This document shows, one piece after another, positions 19,959 through 30,847 of a stretch of DNA of 64,000 nucleotides. Origin of the DNA: Promethearchaeota archaeon. Lineage in GTDB: Archaea > Asgardarchaeota > Lokiarchaeia > Sigyniarchaeales > SOKP01. Position numbers and translations under genes: made by a program. The first letter of the stretch is position 1, and the number at the start of each line of letters is the position of its first letter. The stretch is taken from the NCBI GenBank assembly GCA_019058445.1, contig JAHPZA010000006.1:768001-832000 (forward strand), read 5' to 3'. Under the pieces are notes generated by a model. The model worked only from the letters and a program-made list of their open reading frames with translations. It ran no database searches and was not told where the DNA came from.

Positions 19959-22529
19959 TTAATGTTCTGTTCTTGAGATAACCTCGTTTTGAATTTCAAG
20001 ACCTAATTCTGTAAAATAGGCGCTATAACCACCAACCTTTACAATCAAATCCGTATAATTATCTGGATTTATTTGAGCATCTCGGAGTAATTCTGTTGAT
20101 ATCACTGTTGGTTGTAATTGAGCGCCCCCCAACTTAAAATAAGTACGGAGTAAATAAATCCATTTTTTACGACTTTTTTGAGTTTTTCCTATCGCAGTAG
20201 GATGAAACTTTATATTAACTGCACATCCTAAAACATCACAATATTCTAATGATGCTACAGAGGTTAATACATTAGTTATACCATTTCTTTCTACATTATA
20301 TGGATTACAACTCGCCGCGTATGGGGTTGCAGCTTTTCTTCCATCAGGAGTAGCAATAGATATGCGCCCATCAATAGTATGGGTGGTCATACTTATGATA
20401 TAAGGCACAAAGGGGCCATTCCGAAAGTTTTTATATTTATAAGTCTCTTTGAATAAACAGGATGAGACATAATGTGCTAAATCATCTACTTCTTTAAAAC
20501 CATTCCCCCATTTACCTTCTAGATTTATTATTTTACGATATAGATCCTTATTTTCCATAAAATTATTATCAATCGCTTCTAACAATTCCTTAAATGAAAA
20601 TATTTTTTCATCAAAAATTAGCTTTTTAAGAACATATAATGAATCTGTTAGATTAGCAATACTATTAATGAATGAAATTCCAGAGAGATCATATTTCGCG
20701 CCCCCTTTTGTTACATCTTTTTTATTTTCCAAACATCCTTCAATAAACGCTGAAATATAGGGGGCGGGTAAATGTTCCGCAAATATTTGATCGCGAAGAT
20801 TTGAGATATTTACGATTAGTTGTATTTGCCTTTCTGCTTGAACTAGAAGTGCGCCTAAAAATTCTTCAAATGAAGTAAATGTATCGGGATCACCCGTACT
20901 TAACCCAAGATTTTTTATTGGTCCCATTAAAGTATTAGAATCGCCATTTCGCAATGTAATATCAAGTAATCGGCAAAGTAGCAAAGCGTTGGCACTCATA
21001 GCACCGGTTTTTCCTGGACATGTCATTTCTACACAGCCCATGATAGCATAATTATAGGAATCCTCTTCTGAAAAGCCCCTTCTTTTCATTGCTTCTATAT
21101 TTATATCGTCATTGAAGATTGAGATGTTTGAACTTCCATTATAAGTGATCTCTATTAATTTTAATAATAGATCATCAGGCGTATTTTCATGAATTCTTAC
21201 AGAGACATTTGTAACTGCTCTTGAATTTCCAGCAGCTTCAATAAATAAATAAGTTAAATCATTTGTACCATCGCTTCCATCAGGTTTTAATCCACCAATA
21301 GTGACTGGTGTGGATCCAAGATACCGATGATAAAAATTACTTAACAAATTCGTCTCAGGACGGATATTTTGAGACATTAATTTGAGTAATAACTCTTCCA
21401 ATAGTTCTCTTGCTTGATTTTGGGTAATTGTGCCTCTTTGAATATCCTTCTTATAATAGGGATAAAATATTTGGTCCATTCTGCCAAGGCAATGGAGATT
21501 AATTGGATGAGCGATTTCAACTGCTGTTTTTACAGTCCAAACTGATTGAACTGCTTGATAAAAACTATCTGCAGGATTGAGAGGAACTTTTCTACAGATT
21601 TCCATTAATAATTTTAACTTTTCTTTATTTGAGGGATCTTTTTCAGAATTATATTTTGCTTCAACAGCTTCAGCTAACCTTTTTGAGAAAATAATAATCC
21701 CATCAATAGCAATTCGTATAGATTCAAAAAAATATTTTGCTTCTTTGGAAAGATTTTCCATGTTGCCAAGTTGTAATTCAATTTCATCTTTTATTCCCAA
21801 CAATCCTTTTTTTAATATCTTTTCATAATCTAAAATTAAATGACCTTGAATACAAGCAATTGTAGAGCATATCGAGATCAGTATTGTCTGTCGTGAGGTA
21901 TTTGAGGGAAATGCTCGGGTAAAATCCAACATTTCTCCTGCAATAAAACCAGATTTAGGTATTGTATCTTCGAGGATATCCACGATGGTCCTACCTTTCC
22001 ATTTTGGAAATAATGTTTTTAATAATAGAGTTCTATCTTTTTTATTGATAATGAAAGGATTAATCTTTCTTTTACCCATAGTTTTTACCTTTAAATTCAA
22101 GGGTTTGGTTCCTGAAGATCTTAGAATCTTATTATTATGAAAAAAGTTACGTAATTGATGTTTCTTAATTAGAAATATAAATGATTTGAACATGGCCTTA
22201 ATTCGAAAATGGAACATTGTACTCCATTTTAATTCCGTTTGGAAAACTTTATTGAAAATTCCTTTTTCAATATCAATAGGGACGCCCAAAAAGAATTCTG
22301 TCCATTGTCCTACGATATTATCATCCGGATCAATATAAGGGACTATATTTTCATATACATGTTTCATAGAAAGAGCAACTCGAACATTCAGAGGAAAACC
22401 ACTTTTTTCAGTCTCAAACCATTTTTCTGTATAATATTTTGCCCTCTGAATTGAAATTTTGGGAACTTCTGTCTGGTATCTTTCCCTTATCCTTTGAATT
22501 CGTGCGTTATTTGAATTTATACCGACCAC
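19959..22529 (-). CDS. Glycyl radical enzyme (PFL superfamily; not canonical PFL)
   Basis: Gly loop LIVKVGGYSAYF, Cys loop IMGCVEM (single Cys), GRMDQIFYPYY, KWGNG, ATPDGRKA. Confidence 0.9.
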   Translation of the reverse strand: MVGINSNNARIQRIRERYQTEVPKISIQRAKYYTEKWFETEKSGFPLNVRVALSMKHVYENIVPYIDPDDNIVGQWTEFFLGVPIDIEKGIFNKVFQTELKWSTMFHFRIKAMFKSFIFLIKKHQLRNFFHNNKILRSSGTKPLNLKVKTMGKRKINPFIINKKDRTLLLKTLFPKWKGRTIVDILEDTIPKSGFIAGEMLDFTRAFPSNTSRQTILISICSTIACIQGHLILDYEKILKKGLLGIKDEIELQLGNMENLSKEAKYFFESIRIAIDGIIIFSKRLAEAVEAKYNSEKDPSNKEKLKLLMEICRKVPLNPADSFYQAVQSVWTVKTAVEIAHPINLHCLGRMDQIFYPYYKKDIQRGTITQNQARELLEELLLKLMSQNIRPETNLLSNFYHRYLGSTPVTIGGLKPDGSDGTNDLTYLFIEAAGNSRAVTNVSVRIHENTPDDLLLKLIEITYNGSSNISIFNDDINIEAMKRRGFSEEDSYNYAIMGCVEMTCPGKTGAMSANALLLCRLLDITLRNGDSNTLMGPIKNLGLSTGDPDTFTSFEEFLGALLVQAERQIQLIVNISNLRDQIFAEHLPAPYISAFIEGCLENKKDVTKGGAKYDLSGISFINSIANLTDSLYVLKKLIFDEKIFSFKELLEAIDNNFMENKDLYRKIINLEGKWGNGFKEVDDLAHYVSSCLFKETYKYKNFRNGPFVPYIISMTTHTIDGRISIATPDGRKAATPYAASCNPYNVERNGITNVLTSVASLEYCDVLGCAVNIKFHPTAIGKTQKSRKKWIYLLRTYFKLGGAQLQPTVISTELLRDAQINPDNYTDLIVKVGGYSAYFTELGLEIQNEVISRTEH

Positions 22530-22747
22530 TTATTTAATTAATTAATATTAAATTTAAATATTTGTTAAACGGGCCCTACGAATTTTATCATCTTGAATTT
22601 CCTTAGAGTTGAGTTTTAAAGAAATTTACATAATTGGTTTTAAAAGGTATCAGCAAATAAGCCCCTTAGTTTTTTTCTTTGTTTTTCTTCATCTCCTCCT
22701 TTTATTAAAAAAATATAATAAAAATATAGTACTTTTATTCTATAACA

Positions 22748-24340
22748 ATGGCTCTTGGATATCTTGGTTTAGTATTACATGGACACATGCCCTATGTTAA
22801 AAAATCTGGTGTTTGGCCATTTGGGGAGGAAATCCTATTTGAAGCCATGAACGAGACATATATTCCATTTCTTAATATATTGAGAACACTCAAGGATAAT
22901 GGAGTCAAAACAGCTATAACAATTAATATAACACCAATATTAGCTGAACAATTAGCAGATGACTATATGAAACAACGATTTACAGAGTATATGGATGATT
23001 TAATTTCGCGAGCCAAAAATGACATCAAACGATTTGCAGATCATACCCAAAGAAAATTAATTGCAGAATATTATCTAGAGAATTTTGAACATGTATTAGA
23101 CATCTTTTATCATAATTACTATCGAGACATTTTAGGAACTTTTAAATGGCTCCAAGATGAAGGTATGATTGAACTAATAACATGTGGCGCTACACATGGA
23201 TTCTTACCTTTACTAGAGAGTGATTCAGGAATATTTGCTCAGATCCAGACTGCGGTGGATACTCATAAAAAATATTTTCATCGTGAACCTAAAGGAATCT
23301 GGCTTCCTGAATGTGCTTATCGACCAGAAGAACATAAAAATGGAGAATTTAGGGAGAGCATCGACTATTGGCTCCATAATTCGGGTATTGAATATTTTTT
23401 TGTAGATTCACACGGAATTTTGGATGCGGAAATCATAGAACAAAAAAACGACATTGGTTTAAATACCAATTACGGATTTAAATTGAAGACAGGAGTTAAT
23501 GTGTTTGGAAGAAACAATAATACTAGTAGACAGGTATGGGACGCAAAAATAGGATATCCCGGGGATGCTAATTATAGAGAATTTCATAAGAAAGATCATG
23601 ATTCAGGTCTGCATTACTGGAAGATAACAGATAAATCTATTGGACAAAAGGAAAAACAACTTTATGATATCGACAATGCTTTAGAAAAAGTGGAATCCCA
23701 TGCTAATCATTTTATTTCAGTTTTATATGATGAATTAAAATTCTTTAATGCCAAATATAATTTGAATGGAATTATTGTATCTCCCTATGATTTTGAATTG
23801 TACGGTCATTGGTGGATGGAAGGGATAAGCTGGTTGAAGAGAATATTTGAGTTGATTTATTATCACGAAGAAATAGAAATGATTACGATTTCTGAGTATA
23901 TTTCTAAATATAATGGTAATTTTTCAATGATAAACATGAAAGAGAGTAGTTGGGGTGAAGGTGGCCATTTTCAAGTGTGGAAAAATCCCGAACATGGGTG
24001 GGTATGGCCTTATATTAATAATTCAATTAAGCAATTTGAAGATATATTAGCTCAAATTCCAAACCCAAATGAATGGGAAGAAAGAATATTAAAGCAGCTT
24101 GCCAGAGAGCTTTTATTGATGGAAGGAAGTGATTGGCCCTTCTTATTATACACAAAACAAGCTAAGGAATATGCTAACCAAAGATTTCACCATCATCATC
24201 AAAGATTTAATAAACTTTTATGGGCTGCTAAAGATATGAAAGAAAAGAGAAGAATTTCTTTAGGGGATTTAGAGGAAATGGAATTAATAGATTCATGCTT
24301 TCCAAATATTAATATCAATTATTTTAGAAGAAAAAAATAA
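22748..24340 (+). CDS. GH57 1,4-alpha-glucan branching enzyme
   Basis: LHGHMPYV, ETYIP, ATHGFLP, GIWLPECAY, PYDFELYGHWWMEG, SSWGEGG, LARELLLMEGSDWPF. Confidence 0.92.
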   Translation: MALGYLGLVLHGHMPYVKKSGVWPFGEEILFEAMNETYIPFLNILRTLKDNGVKTAITINITPILAEQLADDYMKQRFTEYMDDLISRAKNDIKRFADHTQRKLIAEYYLENFEHVLDIFYHNYYRDILGTFKWLQDEGMIELITCGATHGFLPLLESDSGIFAQIQTAVDTHKKYFHREPKGIWLPECAYRPEEHKNGEFRESIDYWLHNSGIEYFFVDSHGILDAEIIEQKNDIGLNTNYGFKLKTGVNVFGRNNNTSRQVWDAKIGYPGDANYREFHKKDHDSGLHYWKITDKSIGQKEKQLYDIDNALEKVESHANHFISVLYDELKFFNAKYNLNGIIVSPYDFELYGHWWMEGISWLKRIFELIYYHEEIEMITISEYISKYNGNFSMINMKESSWGEGGHFQVWKNPEHGWVWPYINNSIKQFEDILAQIPNPNEWEERILKQLARELLLMEGSDWPFLLYTKQAKEYANQRFHHHHQRFNKLLWAAKDMKEKRRISLGDLEEMELIDSCFPNININYFRRKK

Positions 24341-24473
24341 AATTAATAAAATTGTTAAAACGTTCCAATATAACGATAATTTTTCCATATAAATATTTTA
24401 AAATATAGTTATAACCATTTATTAAATAAGTTAATTTTTACTTATTTTTGTCTTAAATACAAGAGGGATTAAC

Positions 24474-26351
24474 TTGGAAAATCTTCGAGAATATATACGT
24501 GAAAAATTTAAAGATCTCTTTGAAAATACGGTAAATTATATTATTATTTATAATACAAAAGGAGTGCTCTTGGATGCTAATGATATCACTTTAAACACAT
24601 TTGGGTATACTAGAGAAGAAATAATCAATAAACCAATTAAGGAATTTATATATATCGAAGATCTAACACAAGCCGTAAAGGCTTTCAAGGAACTTAGAAA
24701 AAAAGGAAAGGTTTCAAAAGCTAACACATATAGAATTAAAAATAAACAAGGTGGATTTCGATATGTTGAAATTCATGGAACACCGATAAGAAAAGATGGT
24801 AAGATTGTTGCTATTTTAGGTTTGGGACATGATCTTACAGAAAAAATAGAAGCTCAACTTAAACTAATAGAATCAGAGGAGAAATTCAGAAGTTTATTTA
24901 AAGGAGGTCCACGTTTCACTTTAGCATGGCAGAAAAAGGAGAATGATTTTATACTAGTTGATTATAATGATACTGCCGAGAGAATTTCAAATGGACAAGT
25001 AAGAAAAGATATAGGAAAATCGGCCTCTGATATGTATTTAATAGAACTAGGTCGACCAGATATTATTGAAGGTCTAAATCGGTGTTTTGAAGAAAAATCA
25101 AATTTTACTACGGAAAAAAAAGTATATGTAGATTTTATGAATGCAGAAAGGGACATTCGAGTAGGATGTAATTTTGTCCCTCCAGATTTAGTGGTAACCC
25201 ATATCGAAGATATTACTGAAAGAAAAAGTGCTGAACTTAAATTAAAAGAATCGGAAGAAAAATATCGTCATTTATATAACAATTCACCTTTTTCCATTGT
25301 ATTATTTGACTTGAAGGGAATAATTATTGATTATAACTCTACTTTAGGAAATTTTCTTGGTTACGAACGGAAAGATATAATCGGTAAAAATTTTCTAGAA
25401 GTTGGTTTATTTAAACCCGAAATGGTGCCAATTCTGAAGAAAAGGCTGATTCGTTATGCCAATGGTGAAAATTTAGATCCTATTGAGCTCCAAATTTATA
25501 AAAAGGACGGTACTCTAGCGTGGGTAAACCCGACTGTTTCTCTTATCCATATCGGTGAAGAGACAGTTATCCACATTATGTTCCAAGATATTACAAAGAG
25601 AAAAGATACAGAAGAAAAACTAAAAGAAACTGAAGAAAACTATCGAATAGCATATGAGAGAGAAAATTTCTATAAGGATCTGTTTATGCATGATACTAGT
25701 AATATTCTTCAATCTATGTTAATGTCATTAGAAATGTGTGAGTATAAAATTAAAGCTATTGACGTTTTTGATGAATTAAAAGATGACATAAATAATTTCA
25801 GAGATCAAATTAATAGAGGGGCAAATTTAGTAAATAATGTAAGAAAATTCTCTGAATTTTATGAGTCAAATAAGCTGTTAAAATTTATGAAAATTAAACC
25901 AGTTTTAGTGGATGCTGAAAAAATAATTAAAAATCTATCGAATCATAAGCAAGTAGATATTAAACATGAGAATCTAAAAGAAGATTTTGTTATAAAAGCT
26001 GATGATTTTTTAATTAATGTTTTTGAAAATGTGTTAATTAATGCCGTGAGACATAATGATAATCAAATCACAGAAATTAACGTAAAATTCTCTGAAATTC
26101 AAGAAAACGGGCATAAATTATTAAGAATGGAATTTATTGATAATGCGAGAGGTATTCCTGACTTTAAAAAAGATACTATTTTTAAAAGAGGGGATATAAG
26201 TGATCGGAGTGTATCTGGTCTTGGTTTAGGTTTATCGCTGGTCAAATCTATTTTAGAGAGATATAATGCAAAAATATGGGTTGAAAATAGAGTTAAAGAT
26301 GACTATACCCAAGGATCCAAATTTGTCTTGCTCTTTCCTTTAAGTAAATAG
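24474..26351 (+). CDS. PAS-domain sensor histidine kinase
   Basis: Three PAS/PAC repeats (DITERK..ELKLKESEEKYR linkers); H-box FMHDTSNILQ; NVLINAVRH, DNARGI, GLGLGL. Confidence 0.9.
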   Translation: MENLREYIREKFKDLFENTVNYIIIYNTKGVLLDANDITLNTFGYTREEIINKPIKEFIYIEDLTQAVKAFKELRKKGKVSKANTYRIKNKQGGFRYVEIHGTPIRKDGKIVAILGLGHDLTEKIEAQLKLIESEEKFRSLFKGGPRFTLAWQKKENDFILVDYNDTAERISNGQVRKDIGKSASDMYLIELGRPDIIEGLNRCFEEKSNFTTEKKVYVDFMNAERDIRVGCNFVPPDLVVTHIEDITERKSAELKLKESEEKYRHLYNNSPFSIVLFDLKGIIIDYNSTLGNFLGYERKDIIGKNFLEVGLFKPEMVPILKKRLIRYANGENLDPIELQIYKKDGTLAWVNPTVSLIHIGEETVIHIMFQDITKRKDTEEKLKETEENYRIAYERENFYKDLFMHDTSNILQSMLMSLEMCEYKIKAIDVFDELKDDINNFRDQINRGANLVNNVRKFSEFYESNKLLKFMKIKPVLVDAEKIIKNLSNHKQVDIKHENLKEDFVIKADDFLINVFENVLINAVRHNDNQITEINVKFSEIQENGHKLLRMEFIDNARGIPDFKKDTIFKRGDISDRSVSGLGLGLSLVKSILERYNAKIWVENRVKDDYTQGSKFVLLFPLSK

Positions 26352-26355
26352 GCTT

Positions 26356-27156
26356 TTAATACCAATCCCATTTATTATATGAATAAGGTAAAAACTCATC
26401 TGGATTAACTTCTGCTATCTTTTCCCCAGGTAACATTATATTATCTGTTTTGAGATATAATGCTCCCAAAACCTTTACAATCTCTATTTCTGCCCATGGG
26501 TCGTGAACTGTGGAGTTAAGCTTAACTTCAGCTTCTCCCATTTCCATAGATTGTGGACTCACAGAAGTTTCTTGTTTAACTAACCACGGATTATAATCAA
26601 AGCCTTCTTTATTAGGAGCTGGAAAATACTTAAAGTTATAATTTACAGTATTTTTTCTTCTCCCTGGAAGTAGGCTAAGTTCTTTAATTATTTTAGCTGT
26701 ATCCGGATCGTTAAATTTACCTGTTAATTTTGCTTTTATTTCAATATTTTTCGTTCCTAACCGCTTAGAAAATGCATATACTTCCTTACCTGTACGTGTG
26801 AGTTTGACATTAGCAATTTTTTTAGGAAAACCAAAAATTTCACGGCCCCCTATCATTGATCTATCATCAGTTACCGGCATAGCTAAATAATAATTACCTT
26901 GTTCACCATTATATTCACAGCGTAAGATAAGAGCTCCTTCATAATAAGGAACACCTTGATTCGTAGATGAATAATTCGCGATAAATGCAAATGCTACAGG
27001 TCTACTTGCTGGCTTAAGCGGCTTAGGGAGTAATCTTTCTACAATCTCAGCTTTAGTTTCCCATAAAACAGTAAGCATTTCTGCATTTTTAAATATAGTA
27101 GTTCTTAATTCCTTCTTTTTTTGTTTAATCTCTTCTAAGGATCTTTTAAAACTCAT
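26356..27156 (-). CDS. Acetoacetate decarboxylase (ADC)-like family protein
   Basis: PYYEGAL and GGREIFGFPKK with the Schiff-base Lys. Confidence 0.88.
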   Translation of the reverse strand: MSFKRSLEEIKQKKKELRTTIFKNAEMLTVLWETKAEIVERLLPKPLKPASRPVAFAFIANYSSTNQGVPYYEGALILRCEYNGEQGNYYLAMPVTDDRSMIGGREIFGFPKKIANVKLTRTGKEVYAFSKRLGTKNIEIKAKLTGKFNDPDTAKIIKELSLLPGRRKNTVNYNFKYFPAPNKEGFDYNPWLVKQETSVSPQSMEMGEAEVKLNSTVHDPWAEIEIVKVLGALYLKTDNIMLPGEKIAEVNPDEFLPYSYNKWDWY

Positions 27157-27292
27157 ACAAAATCACCATTAACAAAATTTACTCCTTATGTAATATTCAA
27201 TTTAATTGCAAATAAACTATTCAATGGATTTGTACAAATAAATGAAAAAATATTTGTTGATTATTTATTTCTTAGCTTATCTAAAATATAAC

Positions 27293-28330
27293 TCAACTTA
27301 AAAAATAGATTCGTCCATTCTTCTCTAATCTTTTTACCTTACCTTGAAATTCTAAGTAGATTAGATGGCTGATAACTTCACTTATCGCTAGAAATGTGTT
27401 TATTTCACTTAATTCTTCTCCAAAATGGAGTTGAGAAATTCTAAAGGGTGTGAGCGGATTATTTTTGATAATACTTGAGATTTCATGCAATCTGATATCA
27501 TGATGCTTCTTAATCTCCAATATTCTTTCATGCGGATTATAAATCACCTCTTGATGTGCGGGAAAAATGATTTTCGGATTTAAATTATCAATTATATCTA
27601 ATGAGTTTAAATAATAATCTAATATATTGGTTAAATCGTACTCACTTTTAAAAGCTGGATTCATCATGAAACTTCCGATATGGGGTGTTATTCTTGAAAG
27701 GATATGATCTCCCGAAAATAAATACCTATTATTGATATCAAAAATGCAGACATGACCTGCAGCATGACCTGGCGTCCAAATAATTTTTAATTTATTCGAA
27801 TTGAATAAAATTTCGTCATTATCATGCAATAACCGGTCGGGTTTACAATAATTTATTAATCTATAGAAATTTGTAAAAAATTGAATAATTCTGTCTCCTT
27901 TTTCTACACCAATGCCAAATCTTATCATTCGTTCGGCAAGTTCCGTAGCAGACTTTTCGACTTCAAAATTGTTTTTAACATCTGTGCTCCATTCAATAAG
28001 ATCATGGGCGATTTTGTGCATTAAAATCTGCATGTCAGGATTTTTGCGTTTCAAAGTTTTAATGAGGCCTATATGGTCAATGTGCGAATGTGTAACTATG
28101 CAATAATCTAAATCTTTGACAGAAATATCAAATTCCTTGAGACCTGTAAAGAATTTCTTCCTCCAATCAGAAAAATGCAATCCCGCATCGATTAATACAT
28201 TTGAGCCATTGATTTTTAATAGATACATGCATACAAAACTAAGCCCTTCAAATGGGGGAAAATCAATTTTAAATCTAATTACATTATTATCTATTTCGCT
28301 GATTTCAGATTTTAAGTCAAATTTAAACAA
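27293..28330 (-). CDS. Metallo-beta-lactamase-fold hydrolase with C-terminal winged helix
   Basis: LIDAG, THSHIDHIG, TPGHAAGH, FSGDHIL, PAH; SHLIYLEFQGKV tail. Confidence 0.9.
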   Translation of the reverse strand: MFKFDLKSEISEIDNNVIRFKIDFPPFEGLSFVCMYLLKINGSNVLIDAGLHFSDWRKKFFTGLKEFDISVKDLDYCIVTHSHIDHIGLIKTLKRKNPDMQILMHKIAHDLIEWSTDVKNNFEVEKSATELAERMIRFGIGVEKGDRIIQFFTNFYRLINYCKPDRLLHDNDEILFNSNKLKIIWTPGHAAGHVCIFDINNRYLFSGDHILSRITPHIGSFMMNPAFKSEYDLTNILDYYLNSLDIIDNLNPKIIFPAHQEVIYNPHERILEIKKHHDIRLHEISSIIKNNPLTPFRISQLHFGEELSEINTFLAISEVISHLIYLEFQGKVKRLEKNGRIYFLS

Positions 28331-28740
28331 ATTTCAAGCCAAAAAATTGAATTGATATATATTCAAATTAAACATCTAAAATAACTTTTATTTTGTCCTT
28401 TGCATCTGATTTTTTCCCTAAACATACAAAAATAAACAATAAAAGAAGAAAAATATAAAAACTACTGAAAATATTAAGTAATTCAACTAATACTTTTAAA
28501 ATTAAGGGTGTATTTTATTTTCAGTAAAAAATAGTAAATAGTAAAAGGAGTTTTTATAACACTTGCTAAAGAGGATTGACGCCAAATTAAAAAATCTCTT
28601 AAGTTTTGGAAAAGGTGGAATTTTAAAAGTAAAAATTAGCCGAATTTTTCAACATTTATATAATTTTCGCGAAGATTTCTTTTGCTTGTTGATAAGATTT
28701 GTTTTCAATAGGGAGATCTAATAAATTTTCGCCTAATAAG

Positions 28741-29427
28741 TTAATCGTTTGGAACAAAACACACAGCACGTATCCATGAACCATCCCCCTCTTTAATATT
28801 AATAGGTAATGCGATGAGATAGACTTCTTTATCAACGATTTTGTCGAGATTAGTCAATAATTCTATAACAATCGGAAAATCTTCCCTATTCTTGAATATT
28901 TTTGGATGGTCTATTAGAGAAGGGTCCGTACTGGGGGTATCCATACCAAGGATTCCAATTTTATTATCTAAAATCCAATTTATTGCGTCCTCTGAAAAAT
29001 GTGGATGATCCATATTAAAATATTTCTCATCAAAAGGATCAAAAAATTTATCCCATCCTGTATGAATTAGAATATTATCACCTTTCTGGACATTTTTTTT
29101 AATAAAATCATCAGGATTATAGTGATCTCCTAGTTTTTTATCCGTGAAATCTAGAACCTTGCACCAACCCATAAATCTATTTAAAGGGATCTCATCAAGC
29201 TTAACTCCTTCATTATTGAGGTGATAAGGAGCATCTATGTGAGTTCCTTGGTGACCAGACATGCAAAAATACTTCATATTTATTCTTTCTTCTTGTCCTC
29301 TATTTCGACCTATAATAAACCAGTTATGAACGATACACCGGGGTTCGGCACTCCAAATTGGAGCACCATTATAGATTGGAACAGATAAATCTATTAGGGT
29401 CATATTCTTAAACATATCTTCTTTCAT
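28741..29427 (-). CDS. Cyclase family metal-dependent hydrolase (kynurenine formamidase-like)
   Basis: HQGTHIDAPYH, GMDTPS, ELLTNL, GDGSWIRAV. Confidence 0.9.
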   Translation of the reverse strand: MKEDMFKNMTLIDLSVPIYNGAPIWSAEPRCIVHNWFIIGRNRGQEERINMKYFCMSGHQGTHIDAPYHLNNEGVKLDEIPLNRFMGWCKVLDFTDKKLGDHYNPDDFIKKNVQKGDNILIHTGWDKFFDPFDEKYFNMDHPHFSEDAINWILDNKIGILGMDTPSTDPSLIDHPKIFKNREDFPIVIELLTNLDKIVDKEVYLIALPINIKEGDGSWIRAVCFVPND

Positions 29428-29538
29428 ATCAATCTCTTATGAATAGTTTGTTTTATTATGAATTCTAAAGATCTTTATTATCTTAGATTAAGTATCTAAA
29501 TAAAGTTTTTTTATTTTCTTGCTTTGAAGAAATTAATC

Positions 29539-30660
29539 ATGTCGAAGAAAAAATTAAGAGTTGGTGTAATAGGATGCGGGAATGCTGCAAAAATCGGGCA
29601 TTTACCAACTTATCAAAAATCCCCCCTCTCAGAAATTATAGCTATTGCTGATCCCTCAGAGGCTCATCTTAAAAAAGTTCAAGATATGTATAATGTTCCT
29701 AAGGCATATAATAATCCTGATGAATTACTAGATGATCCCGATGTAGATGCTGTTAGTATTTGTTCTCCTCACTGGGCTCATCTTAATCAAGTTCTCAGAG
29801 CAGCTAAAAATGGAAAACATATTTTATGTGAAAAACCTCTTGGTTTAAATCTAGAAGAAGTTGATAAAATGATTAAGGCTGTAGAGAAAAATAAAATTTT
29901 ATTTCAAACTGCTACTCAAAAAAGATTTGATTATGGTTTTCAATATCTTAAAGAACAGATTATGAAAAAAACAATTGGAGATATCTTTCACGTTTCAATT
30001 TTTTGGTATCATTCTATGACTGATCTCGGACCAAATCCAAGGAAAGAATTAATTGAAGAAATAGGCATGTGGAGGTTAACAGATGAGCGTTGTGGTGGTG
30101 GAGATTTACTTGATCACGGACCTCATTATTTTGATTTGCTTAGATGGTGGTTTGGTGATATAAAAAGTGTTTACGCTCAAGTTCGGCGGATTAATCAAAG
30201 TAGGGTTAACGAAGATCATATAAATATAATTTTAACATTTAAAAATAAGGACATAACTGCATCTTTTGAACGTTCGCAAGCCATATTTGGAGATCGGTTC
30301 GGAGAAGAAATAGGAAAGATACATGGAATAAAAGGGAATTATTTTTTTGAGGTTCCTCACGCCTATTTCTTAAAACCAATGAAGATTCAACAACAAACTA
30401 GGAGAAAAAGCTTGGAAAATATAGGAAAAGAACTACCTAAGGACGAATGGAATCTTTCTTTCGCACGCGAGGTTCGATCATTTATAAACCAAGCATTAGA
30501 TGTTTCAAACGATGATGTTGGATTTCCAGAAAAATGGATTCCAACGATATATGATGGTAGGGCAGCTTTGGAACTGGTTTTAGCGTCATATGAATCTTCT
30601 CGAACTCAAAAAATAATTAATTTACCCTTAAAAAAATATACACCACCAGTTTGGTGTTAA
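29539..30660 (+). CDS. Gfo/Idh/MocA family NAD(P)-dependent oxidoreductase
   Basis: VGVIGCG, HILCEKP, GGGDLLDHGPHYFD. ATG at 29539 preferred over TTG at 29524. Confidence 0.9.
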   Translation: MSKKKLRVGVIGCGNAAKIGHLPTYQKSPLSEIIAIADPSEAHLKKVQDMYNVPKAYNNPDELLDDPDVDAVSICSPHWAHLNQVLRAAKNGKHILCEKPLGLNLEEVDKMIKAVEKNKILFQTATQKRFDYGFQYLKEQIMKKTIGDIFHVSIFWYHSMTDLGPNPRKELIEEIGMWRLTDERCGGGDLLDHGPHYFDLLRWWFGDIKSVYAQVRRINQSRVNEDHINIILTFKNKDITASFERSQAIFGDRFGEEIGKIHGIKGNYFFEVPHAYFLKPMKIQQQTRRKSLENIGKELPKDEWNLSFAREVRSFINQALDVSNDDVGFPEKWIPTIYDGRAALELVLASYESSRTQKIINLPLKKYTPPVWC

Positions 30661-30847
30661 TAAAAAAGTCTCAAAAAAATTCTTAAGTACTGAATTAATT
30701 AATTTGAGGACATGATTTTTACTTTAATTTATACCAAGAGACAATATTTAATAAAATATCTTATACATAGTGTAAGATAATTTTTATTTTGCCTTTTTCA
30801 TTCAATTGAGTAATAATAATTTAATTGAAAAATTACGGAGATTTGAA

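Noticed and set aside
22560-22800. ORF 22609..22800(+) and a strong SD-like AGGAGGAG-ATG on the minus strand at ~22690
   Set aside because: The plus ORF overlaps the GH57 start and has low-complexity composition. The minus ORF stops after 8 codons. No activase-like remnant is recognisable.
28463-28720. 11-bp inverted repeat TACTGAAAATA/TATTTTCAGTA (28463-28526) and a ~52-codon TTG ORF (~28563-28720)
   Set aside because: AT-rich context makes the inverted repeat plausible by chance. There is no target-site duplication or second copy, and the ORF has no recognisable motif.
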